Shown: positions 17,727 to 26,407, counted from the stretch's first letter. The stretch: DNA of 28,797 bases from Candidatus Hermodarchaeota archaeon (GCA_048885535.1 JBHLLO010000035.1:1-28797); one strand, 5' to 3'. Numbers and translations: made by a program. Notes: generated from the letters alone by a model not told the origin.

Positions 17727-18948
17727 ATGCCTAAAATATTTGATGGTTTAAGAATATTAGATTGTTCCCAGTTTATCTCTGGACCATGGACTAGCACATT
17801 TTTTGCGGATCAAGGAGCGGAAGTAATTAAGGTAGAATTTTTTCTCGCATTTAGCGATTAAACTATAACCTCCTCCTTTTGGTGAGGCTTTTCGCTTATT
17901 TGTACTCTATGATAAAACCATATTCCCCTTATTCTCAATCTTAAATCGGGGCAAAAAATCAATTTCACTTAATTTAAGAAAACCCGAAGCAAAACATATT
18001 TTCAAAAAATTAATTGAGAAATCAGACATATTGATTGAGAATTTTGTAAAAGGTACTATGGAAAAATGGGGATTAGGCTATGAGGTACTTAAGGAGATCA
18101 ACCCAAGACTAATTTATACGAAAATTTCAGGATATGGAAATGAAGGGTTAGAAAGATATACTCAAAAAACTGCTTTTGATATCATCATTCAAGCTCAAGC
18201 AGGAATTTTGGATGCACTAGGTTTTAAGGAAGGTCCACCAAGATTACCCATAGCAGATTATACTGCAGGACATATTGCTGCAATCGGAATAAGTCAAGCC
18301 CTTTATTACAGAGAAAAAACAGGAGAGGGGCAATTCATAGATATCTCCATGCATGATATTATGTTTGCTATAAATATTAGAGCTCAAGCGAAAGAATTTA
18401 TTCCTAGAGCTCAACACATCGATTTAGCTTCCAAATTTTTGCCTATTTACAATCAATATCGCTGTAAAGATGGTTTAATCGTATTAACAACTCTTACTGA
18501 GAATCAATTTCAAAGATTAGTTAAGTTTGTGTTGAAAAAACCTGAGCTTTTAGAAGATCCAAGACTTGACAATATAATAAAACGGTTTGATCATATAGAG
18601 GAATTGGATAAGATAATAGAGGATTGGAGCATAAATTTAACGAGAGAAGAAGCAATATTACAACTTGAATCTGTAAGAATCCCATGTGGTCATGTTTTAA
18701 CCATTAATGAAGTTCATAGTCATCCAAATCTTAAAGAAAGAGGGATGTTGTGCGATCAATTTGATTTTTCTAAATGGGATGTTGAAAAAGCGACAATCCC
18801 TTCTGCTTTAATAAACTTTTCTCTATGTAAGGGAACCGTGGATAAACCAGGTCCAGAATTCAGAGAGAGTAATGAAGAAATTTATTGTGGATTGCTTGGA
18901 TATACTAAAGAAGATTTAAAAAAATGGAAGCGAGAAAAATTAATTTAG
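17727..18948 (+). CDS. Family III CoA-transferase (CaiB/BaiF), split gene: exon 1 17727-17837, exon 2 17869-18948; 396 aa when joined
   Basis: Exon 1 reads MPKIFDGLRILDCSQFISGPWTSTFFADQGAEVIKVE. Exon 2 reads PPPFGEAFR..LNRGKKSISLNL..SDILIENF..INPRLIYTKISGYG..PIADYTAG (catalytic Asp position)..GEGQFIDISM. The ORF track shows only the part from 18031. Confidence 0.9.
17838..17868 (+). other. Candidate 31-nt bulge-helix-bulge (archaeal-type) intron
   Basis: Central helix GUAG(17832-35)/CUAU(17863-66), with 3-nt bulges AA^U (17836-38) and AA^C (17867-69). Intron stems are UUU/AAA and UCGC/GCGA. Removal restores the reading frame and the conserved motif. Confidence 0.8.
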
Positions 18949-19043
18949 GATTCAAAATTCCATAAAAATGAACTTCAATTTGTTTGGTACTACCAAAATT
19001 TTTAGAATTAAATAAAATCTTATATAAATAGGGATGAAGAGTA

Positions 19044-19607
19044 ATGAGTAAAGTTTTAATCTTATTTGGAACAAGATATGGAACAAATAAAGAAATAACA
19101 GATGAAATTCAAAAAAAAATTCAAGAAGTAGGATTAACTACTGAAATCTATAATTTAGAAGAACATAACTCAAAAGAAATTCCACCATTACAAGACTATA
19201 ATGGTATATTAATAGGTACAAGTATTAAAATGGGAAAGTGGACGAAGGGAGTTAAGAAATTTGTGCAAAAAAGAAAATCAGAACTAATTAAAACCCAAAG
19301 TAAACTTGGATTCTATGTATGTTGCGGAGAAGCTGCAAAAAAAACCGATATAAGTAATGCAATAAATAAGTACATTACTTCAAAATTACAGACATTAGGA
19401 ATAAACCCCGCTCTAATTGAGGCATTTGGAGGGTGTTACGATTTGACTGAGGGGTCTCTTTTAAGTGGTATGACACGAAAAATTATTATTAGTGTTTTGA
19501 AGAATGAGGAGGGAATTGAGAATCCAGAAGGTAAAAAGCATGATTATAGAGACTGGGAACAAATCAAAGATTTTGCAAATAAATTTTGTTTACTTGTGAA
19601 AAATTGA
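19044..19607 (+). CDS. Flavodoxin-domain protein (HemG/Flavodoxin_5-like)
   Basis: VLILFGTRYGTNKEI, ILIGTSIKMGKW, AFGG and DYRDWEQIKDFA. Confidence 0.85.
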   Translation: MSKVLILFGTRYGTNKEITDEIQKKIQEVGLTTEIYNLEEHNSKEIPPLQDYNGILIGTSIKMGKWTKGVKKFVQKRKSELIKTQSKLGFYVCCGEAAKKTDISNAINKYITSKLQTLGINPALIEAFGGCYDLTEGSLLSGMTRKIIISVLKNEEGIENPEGKKHDYRDWEQIKDFANKFCLLVKN

Positions 19608-19756
19608 ATTTTTTTAATATTATAAAAATCCTAAAACCTAGAAAAAAAAAGAAAATAATATAAGAAAGATGATTAAGAATCTGAAAAACTTATTTAACAT
19701 ATGTGTAATTATTTTTCAGAAATATAAAATAAAAGAGTTCAAAAGGTAAATAAAAA

Positions 19757-20050
19757 ATGAATAAAGAAGGAGAAGAAAAGAAAAAAAATTTAATTGATAA
19801 ACTTAATGATGCTTTTATAGATTTTGTAGGAGGAGCATTTGGTGAAAGTGGAAGAGAATTCATTGAAGAAACATCAGAGAAAATAAAGGATTTTTCATCA
19901 CAATCAATAAAAAAATTCATGGAATTTTCTGATTCTGTCTTGGAAAATCTTAAACTAACTGATAATGAGCAGGTAATGAAAGCTAGAGATTCTGTTGAGG
20001 ACCTTTTAAAGCAAGCGGGACTTCTTGAGGAAGACGAAGAAGAATTTTAA
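19757..20050 (+). CDS. Small acidic helical hypothetical protein
   Basis: AGGTA RBS-like element before ATG; purine-rich coding-like composition; acidic tail EEDEEEF; T-rich downstream. Confidence 0.7.
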   Translation: MNKEGEEKKKNLIDKLNDAFIDFVGGAFGESGREFIEETSEKIKDFSSQSIKKFMEFSDSVLENLKLTDNEQVMKARDSVEDLLKQAGLLEEDEEEF

Positions 20051-20111
20051 TTTAAATATTTTGAATATATCTTTTTTTATATCTATTTTAGTTTTGATTA
20101 AAAGAAGTGTT

Positions 20112-20360
20112 TTAAAGAGCTTTGGCATTCCTTAAGAAAGATTTAACCTCTTCTATGGTAGCATTGAAAAGCTCTGAAATCACAGTTAGACTTATATCTT
20201 GATTCATACCCGAAGATCTATAATCTTCGTATAATTTAATCCATGTCTGCTTCTGACTATATTTATCAGGATGTGTTTCTTGAACATGAACCCAATAAGG
20301 ATGTTTTAACGCTACACCACAATAGGGGCAAAACCGAGATTCTTCCTCTTCATTTGACAT
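20112..20360 (-). CDS. Small C2H2-type zinc-finger protein with a helical C-terminus
   Basis: FCPYCGVALKHPYWVHVQETHP (CxxC...HxxxxH); GGAG upstream of ATG. Confidence 0.72.
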   Translation of the reverse strand: MSNEEEESRFCPYCGVALKHPYWVHVQETHPDKYSQKQTWIKLYEDYRSSGMNQDISLTVISELFNATIEEVKSFLRNAKAL

Positions 20361-20688
20361 ATTTTGAGCTCCGCTCTGCTAAGTATCGTATTCAGATTAT
20401 TAATATTAATTAATAATTTTTCTTAAATAATTTAATTAAAATAACAATAGTTTAAAAACTTTTAATTTACGACTTTTAAGAATTAAAATTTGAATTTAAT
20501 TGTATCATATGCTGGAAGAAATTATTTGGATGTAGAATTTATCCTTATTAAGATAAAATTATTCTATTTTTATTAAAATAAATAGAACTTAATTCTCCAA
20601 CTAATTCTCCTTTTCTTAAAAATTCCGTAATAATTATTATTTGTCAAATATTTTTTGAAGCTAATTTAATCCCTTATATTTAACAAAA

Positions 20689-21486
20689 TTGACTCATTTA
20701 CAGATAAGAAAAAATCAAACTAAGTTTGATTTGGTGATTAATCGGAGCAAATCGTTGGGAAAATTACTAACTTCTATTTTTGGATTATTGGAATATCACG
20801 TGTTTGAGGTCTTTCGATATATAGATAAAATTTTACAGGTAAATTCATTAGAATTTGTAATTAAGTACATTTTTAAGGATAAATGGGGTGGAAGAGTTAT
20901 TCCGCTAAATCTAAATATTGAACCTCATGTCACATTTCTTCCATCTCAAGAAATTCTGGAATTAATAAGTAGATCTAATGTTGTAGGTGTAGCTACTTGT
21001 TATTGTAGAGATATACAAAGAAAACATGAAATTAAAAATAATTGCACTTATCCAATAAATACATGCCTTCATTTAGGATATGGAAAATCTTTATATGAAG
21101 TTCCTTTCAAATCCGAAGATTTAAAGATGGTCTCTAAGGATCGTGTCAAAAAACTTTTAACAAGATTCGATAAGATGGGTTTGGTACACCAAATAATTTT
21201 CTTTCCAAATCCTTATTATTACTATGTAATTTGTAATTGTTGTCCATGTTGCTGTTTTGTTTTAAGTAAATTTTTAAAAATGGGAGCTCCTCAGCTTATT
21301 AAAAGTGATTTCATTGCCAAGACTAATTTGGAAAAATGTAAAGGTTGTGGAACTTGTGCTATGTGCTATTTTGGAGCGAGAAAAGTAATAAACAAAAGGT
21401 TGAAGTTTAACGGCAATCTGTGTTTTGGATGTGGAATATGCGTGAGTAAATGTCCTGAGAAAGCGATTTTACTTCAAAAAAGATAA
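20689..21486 (+). CDS. 4Fe-4S dicluster-containing, Cys-rich redox protein (start uncertain)
   Basis: CYCR, TCL, GLVH and ICNCCPCCC, then CKGCGTCAMC and CFGCGICVSKCP ferredoxin motifs. Confidence 0.82.
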   Translation: MTHLQIRKNQTKFDLVINRSKSLGKLLTSIFGLLEYHVFEVFRYIDKILQVNSLEFVIKYIFKDKWGGRVIPLNLNIEPHVTFLPSQEILELISRSNVVGVATCYCRDIQRKHEIKNNCTYPINTCLHLGYGKSLYEVPFKSEDLKMVSKDRVKKLLTRFDKMGLVHQIIFFPNPYYYYVICNCCPCCCFVLSKFLKMGAPQLIKSDFIAKTNLEKCKGCGTCAMCYFGARKVINKRLKFNGNLCFGCGICVSKCPEKAILLQKR

Positions 21487-21597
21487 TTTCTCCTAAAAGG
21501 AATTTCATGAAGATTAAAGTTTAAAATTAAATATGAAGACTTTTTCTATTTGTATAATATAGAATTCTAGCGATTTGATTTAATAATCTAAAAAATA

Positions 21598-22032
21598 ATG
21601 AAAGGACTTTATGAACTTGGGATTGTTTTCAGAGGGTTTGTTTTAGTAAATTATAGCTTTAAAAATTTTGATGGTCAAGATGATTTCTGCGAAGGAAATA
21701 GAGATTTAAGGGGTGCTTTTATTTCAGCAATCGATACATTCGCCAAAAATGCCTTTAATAACCTTTCGCTAGAATATCTTGAATCTAATAATGTTTTGTT
21801 TATTTTCAAAGCCTCTGAGATTAAGACTTCTGATTATCATGAACCAGAACCCATAATTCTATACGGTCTAATAGACAAGAAAAAAAGGGATACTGATAAA
21901 ATAGTAAAAAAATTTATTGGAAAATTTGAGATTCTCTTACAATTATTTATCTCAAGGTTTCAAAGTAAAGATTTTACAGAACGAAATCAATTCCATTCCT
22001 TTAAAAAAGAGATTGAGACCTTTTTTGTTTAG
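21598..22032 (+). CDS. Stand-alone longin-like domain protein
   Basis: Beta-beta-alpha-beta-beta-beta-alpha-alpha pattern: LYELGIVFRGFVLVNY / LRGAFISAIDTFAKNAF / LEYLE / LFIFK / ILYGLID / ILLQLFISRF / QFHSFKKEIETFF. Confidence 0.65.
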   Translation: MKGLYELGIVFRGFVLVNYSFKNFDGQDDFCEGNRDLRGAFISAIDTFAKNAFNNLSLEYLESNNVLFIFKASEIKTSDYHEPEPIILYGLIDKKKRDTDKIVKKFIGKFEILLQLFISRFQSKDFTERNQFHSFKKEIETFFV

Positions 22033-22037
22033 ATCAA

Positions 22038-23717
22038 TCAATAATTAGATAAATACCAACCCTTTGGATCTGACCGCGAATATGATATAATTCCTTGATC
22101 TTTTAATAACTCGATCTGGCTTTCTACTAAGTCTTTATCATACCCTAAAATGACAATATCTTCAATAAATTTAGTTTTAGATGCTATGATCCGATTCTTT
22201 TCTAAATGATGAATAATAATAGTTCTTAAATTTTCTTCTGTTATAGTTCCTTGCGGAGCTCTCTTATTTTGTACAGTTTCTATTTCCGGCTCTTTAGTTA
22301 AGGCATCAATCAAGGCTTCCCCTTTTGGTTTTTCTACCTCTTTTTCTATTACAATAGGCTTTATCTTTTTTCCTTTTTTAACAGGGGATCCAACAACTCC
22401 TCCTAATCCAATTTTGTCTTCGGGCAGAGTCCAAACTGAATATTCGACTTTTTCAAACATATCGTGCTTTTCACTAATCATCCTCTCAAATTCTTCAATA
22501 ACTCTATCTTTAAGATAACCTCTCTTTTCTAAATCATTAGCAATCTCTTGTATTATCTTTTTATCAATCAAATCTTTAAAAATAAATTCTCTAATATTCG
22601 TAGGAACTGTTTCTAATTTCAGAGTTTTTTCAGGCGCTTTCTCTAGAGGTTGTACTTCTTGTTCTGATATAGTAATTTTTTGGGGAATTTCTAGTATTGG
22701 TTTCTCACCGCATTCAAAATCATTTATACATCTGAGACTTCTATCATAGCCTCCAAATATTATATTTGTTAATCCTTCTTTAGGATCTGGCATGGTTGAA
22801 ACAATTTTAATGGAGGTAGAGGTCGATGTTTTCCACTTTAATTCAATATCGGTTGAATTTAATTTTGTGTTATGATAAATCCTTAAAGACCCATCAGCAC
22901 ATCCAACTAGAATCTCATTTGAATTATCAGCATCAATATCTGAAATTTTAATGGATATTGGGCGACCTTCTTCTATATTTATGATTTTAAGACTTTCCCC
23001 TTCACTATTTAAAATCGTAATATTAGAGTCATCAGTACCTACTACTATTTCGTGGTATCCATCATTAGTAACATCTCCTATCTGAATGGCATTTATTTGA
23101 GAACCGAAATTTTTTTGCCAAATTATATCTGGTTTACCCTCACTTGATTGAATTAGTTGAAGTAGCCCAATTTTTGTTCCTACTAATAATCCAAGTATCG
23201 GTTGGTCTACTTTTGGTAGTTTTAAATAACCTAAATTACATGCTGTTGCCCAAGAATCATAATAAAGTATGAATTTAGGTTCTTTTGAATCTATATTTTC
23301 AAAAATCTTAATTGTCTTATCTTCGCCACCATAAATCAACTCTATATTTCCGTCTCTGGTGAAATCACCTGCAGTCACACATAAGACTTTTCCCTTTGTC
23401 TTAAAGTTCATTATCCCTGCTAATTTATTAATGCCCTTAACAAATTTTACTACTAAAAAATTACCATCACCTGCTCCAACAAGAATTTCATCACATCCAT
23501 CACCCGTAATATCAATTGGGTAAGTGGTTCTTACCCAGCCATCAAAACTAATGCTATCAAGTATATTCAATTCCTCATCCATTAAATACAAGGTTTTATC
23601 ATGACCACCAAAAACTAAATAACACTTATCATCACATTTTAATGTGGAGCATGTTAGAACTGCTTCAGGGGCTTCAAACATCCAATTTAAGTTAAATTTT
23701 TTCTTAAGAGCTGACAT
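22038..23717 (-). CDS. Cytoplasmic beta-propeller (FG-GAP/WD40 hybrid repeats) with a linker and a probable C-terminal winged helix
   Basis: Repeats DITGDGCDEILVG, DFTRDGNIELIYG, DVTNDGYHEIVVG and DIDADNSNEILVG with GxxDxxxxI turns; no signal peptide; ends in LLKDQGIISYSRSDPKGWYL. Confidence 0.72.
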   Translation of the reverse strand: MSALKKKFNLNWMFEAPEAVLTCSTLKCDDKCYLVFGGHDKTLYLMDEELNILDSISFDGWVRTTYPIDITGDGCDEILVGAGDGNFLVVKFVKGINKLAGIMNFKTKGKVLCVTAGDFTRDGNIELIYGGEDKTIKIFENIDSKEPKFILYYDSWATACNLGYLKLPKVDQPILGLLVGTKIGLLQLIQSSEGKPDIIWQKNFGSQINAIQIGDVTNDGYHEIVVGTDDSNITILNSEGESLKIINIEEGRPISIKISDIDADNSNEILVGCADGSLRIYHNTKLNSTDIELKWKTSTSTSIKIVSTMPDPKEGLTNIIFGGYDRSLRCINDFECGEKPILEIPQKITISEQEVQPLEKAPEKTLKLETVPTNIREFIFKDLIDKKIIQEIANDLEKRGYLKDRVIEEFERMISEKHDMFEKVEYSVWTLPEDKIGLGGVVGSPVKKGKKIKPIVIEKEVEKPKGEALIDALTKEPEIETVQNKRAPQGTITEENLRTIIIHHLEKNRIIASKTKFIEDIVILGYDKDLVESQIELLKDQGIISYSRSDPKGWYLSNY

Positions 23718-23842
23718 TTTTCAAGTTTTTAATGCTATAGATTTAATATAGGGTTATTGAAAATAAATGCGTTTCTAATTTAAAGTTTATAATTAAAAAA
23801 CAACGTAATTTAAGTCTATTTAATGTATTTGGTTTTAAAAAG

Positions 23843-23880
23843 ATTATAAAAAAAAAATTATAAAAAAAAAATAAAAGAAG
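23843..23880 (-). terminator. T-run terminator-like tract downstream of the 718-aa gene
   Basis: Two runs of about 10 A on the + strand (T on the - strand), each preceded by TTAT, directly after the stop at 23883. Confidence 0.4.
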
Positions 23881-23882
23881 AA

Positions 23883-26039
23883 TTATAATCCAAGTTGAGC
23901 ATCGCTCGGACTATATTCACCAATACCGTTAATTTCGTAAGTTATTTCTACCTTTTCTCCTGCACTTAACAGTTCAATCTTCCATTTAAGTGTGTCTTCT
24001 CCGACCTCATCAGTTATCTCTGGTTTCTCGCTATAAGAACCGTATTCAAATTGATCAGGAACTTTATCCATTAAAACTAGGTTTTGGAGCGGAGCAGTAC
24101 CAATATTTTCAACTGTCAATACAATTCGATAATTTCCTAAGTCACCAATAGGTACGACTTCCTTTCCAATCCTGAATTTCCTTCTTAAGTGTAATGCTTC
24201 AATTATCGGTACTTCAGGCATAAATTCCAATTCTTGAGAGAGGGGATATGTATTTGCTTTATAGATGATTTGAGATTCAAATGTGGCTTCTTGAACAGGA
24301 TTAATGCAATGAATAGGATATTTAAAAGACAAACTTGATTCTGGCTTAAACATCCCAGTATCAGAGTTTCTCAAGTCTGTTAAGCTAATTTTAAATACAC
24401 TACCATCAAAATTTACTGCTCCAGAAGGTAATTCAATTTCATCGCCATCCCAAAGCATTGTGATTTCTGATGCCTTTGGTGGTTGAAATTCATTTGTAAA
24501 GTATTGTTGAGAAACAATAACCTGATCTAAGGGAGCAGATCCGTTGTTTATCATTTTCAAAGTAGCGACAACATCTTGTTCTTTGTATGTAGGTACTTGT
24601 GTAATATCATATTTCATATCTCCAGTTATACTCGCAATCTCTAAAATTACATCAGAAATAGCTATTGTACCATTTACTGCAGTTTGAAAGTCTGGCATAA
24701 CTCGAAATTCAAGCTTCTTTCTAAATGCGGGATATTCTTCTGATTCAAAACGCCACTTATTAGAATGCCACTGAGCTCCTGCTGGAAGCAGGGGGACATC
24801 TCGTGGATCTATATCCACGAACTTTTTAGTCTCATCATCGGGAGCATAGACATCAGCATTAAACAATTGTATAATAAATTCAGATGGATTTTCAAATACT
24901 AATTTGCAATCCCAAACTCCTGGTTCTTCGTCTCTTTCAACTACATCTACATAGAATTTATTTCTAGTATATGCATCATATTTATCAACAGCTAAACCTC
25001 CAGCAAATGAAGATGATCCCTGATATTTGACTTCAATTGGACCTGTTCTTCTTTTGGTTATGTCGGTAACCATAATGTTGCATGTAAATTTCAATAAAGC
25101 TGTCCTTTCAGATGGTAATTTATCAATTCTCCATACGACGGTATCTCCTTCGACTTCTGCCTTGCCAATATTAGTTTCTCTAACTAATGGATTTGCAAAA
25201 TCGCTTGGAATACTCTTTCTAATCACTAACTCCGATATGGGTTTCTCAAAGAGGCTTGTCATCGCAATTGCAAATGTAACTGTATTTTCTTTATCAATAG
25301 AAATACCAAAAGATTGTAATGATGATGTTGAAGCAACATCATATAGGTCACTGTTTTCTTCTTCTTCATCCTCCTCTTCCTCTTCCTTCTCTACTTCGAC
25401 TTTTTTCACTTCAACATTACGTTTCTTTACACTAGAACCTGCCTTAGCAGTTTTATTTTTTAATTTAATTAAATCGGCCTCAATATCTCGAATATTCAAT
25501 ACATCATCAGCACTAGGAAGAGTGTTAACATATTCTTTTATTAGCAAAAGATTAGCTGCTTCACCTTTGATTAAAAAGTCTTGAGCTTCTGAATTTGTAT
25601 CCGGATCTGTGCCCAATTCTCGGATTTTTATATCTTTTGTCTTTATATTCGTTGCTTCGATATTCTTCAAACTTAAATCTATATCCCATAATCTATCTTC
25701 CTTACTTGGATTTTCTACACTAAATTTACCTTTAAAATTAATTGATTTAATATTACCATCATGATCAAGTTCAGTATTGACATCTTCCACAATTTTTACT
25801 AGTGCAAGTAAACCTTCGCGATTTCCGTCCTTCAATAAGATTGATCCTTCAAGTGCTCCAGTATCAGCATCATATGTCTCGATTACGGGTGTAGAAATAT
25901 CTCTATCAACTAATCTAACTTTTCCTTCATCCATTTCAGTCCTTTTTAAGCCTTCAGCAACTTTTGATTCTTCTGCTTCAGTTACATCCCAACCCATTCG
26001 AGATTCTTCTCGTTTCTTCTTATCTTTCTTTCGCGCCAT
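23883..26039 (-). CDS. Large acidic beta-sandwich protein with a mu-homology-like domain and C-terminal Ig-like (DUF11-like) domains
   Basis: VKIVEDVNTELDHDGNIKSINFKGKF, GKAEVEGDTVVWRIDKL and PIEVKYQ..FAGGLAV resemble adaptin-mu C-terminal motifs. The C-terminus has YRIVLTVENIG..NLVLMDKVP..LKWKI..ITYEI. Confidence 0.6.
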   Translation of the reverse strand: MARKKDKKKREESRMGWDVTEAEESKVAEGLKRTEMDEGKVRLVDRDISTPVIETYDADTGALEGSILLKDGNREGLLALVKIVEDVNTELDHDGNIKSINFKGKFSVENPSKEDRLWDIDLSLKNIEATNIKTKDIKIRELGTDPDTNSEAQDFLIKGEAANLLLIKEYVNTLPSADDVLNIRDIEADLIKLKNKTAKAGSSVKKRNVEVKKVEVEKEEEEEDEEEENSDLYDVASTSSLQSFGISIDKENTVTFAIAMTSLFEKPISELVIRKSIPSDFANPLVRETNIGKAEVEGDTVVWRIDKLPSERTALLKFTCNIMVTDITKRRTGPIEVKYQGSSSFAGGLAVDKYDAYTRNKFYVDVVERDEEPGVWDCKLVFENPSEFIIQLFNADVYAPDDETKKFVDIDPRDVPLLPAGAQWHSNKWRFESEEYPAFRKKLEFRVMPDFQTAVNGTIAISDVILEIASITGDMKYDITQVPTYKEQDVVATLKMINNGSAPLDQVIVSQQYFTNEFQPPKASEITMLWDGDEIELPSGAVNFDGSVFKISLTDLRNSDTGMFKPESSLSFKYPIHCINPVQEATFESQIIYKANTYPLSQELEFMPEVPIIEALHLRRKFRIGKEVVPIGDLGNYRIVLTVENIGTAPLQNLVLMDKVPDQFEYGSYSEKPEITDEVGEDTLKWKIELLSAGEKVEITYEINGIGEYSPSDAQLGL

Positions 26040-26182
26040 GTTAATTTACCTATTTTTACATTTTTGTGTATAAATATATTTATACATTAATAAATATTGA
26101 ATTGTAAATTAAATATAAACACGATAGTTAAAAAAGATTTTTTCGCTAATTTAAAGAATTAAATAAATGATCTTTTTATCGA

Positions 26183-26386
26183 TTAGAAAAAGTCCCGTTT
26201 CAACTCATCCCTTTTATCTGAGAAAAGATCGGGTTCTATGAACTTATGTCCACACATAGGGCAGACTGTTATTTTTTTCCTTGTTTTTGGATCAAAGATT
26301 CTGAAACTAAATCCACATACAGGACAAGTCCTTATTAAATTATTAGCGATTCCTTTAATTTTTATTCTTTCTTTATTTTTTTTCAT
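26183..26386 (-). CDS. Small zinc-ribbon protein
   Basis: CPVCG...CPMCG pair; lies just downstream of glycerate kinase on the same strand. Confidence 0.65.
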   Translation of the reverse strand: MKKNKERIKIKGIANNLIRTCPVCGFSFRIFDPKTRKKITVCPMCGHKFIEPDLFSDKRDELKRDFF

Positions 26387-26407
26387 TTTTCTGCATTGAT
26401 TTTTATT

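Noticed and set aside
17838-17843. Programmed frameshift at the U6 run
   Set aside because: Both shifted frames meet stops (17852 and 17866) before exon 2.
17832-17854. Spliceosomal-looking AAG|GTAGAA...pyrimidine tract...TTTAG segment
   Set aside because: Removing these 23 nt gives the wrong frame and deletes the conserved VE codons; the BHB boundaries fit exactly instead.
17833-17868. Transposon footprint or tandem duplication as the origin of the insert (TAGAA vs TATAA)
   Set aside because: Only AA is exactly repeated, there are no terminal inverted repeats, and the insert does not copy flanking sequence. This is less explanatory than the BHB, though a simple pseudogene is not formally excluded.
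18031-18948. 305-aa ORF as a complete gene
   Set aside because: It starts mid-domain; the conserved N-terminus is encoded from 17727.
25027-26073. Plus-strand ORFs of 185 and 98 aa, including a poly-Ser tract
   Set aside because: Antisense shadows of the 718-aa gene; the poly-Ser mirrors its poly-Glu tract.
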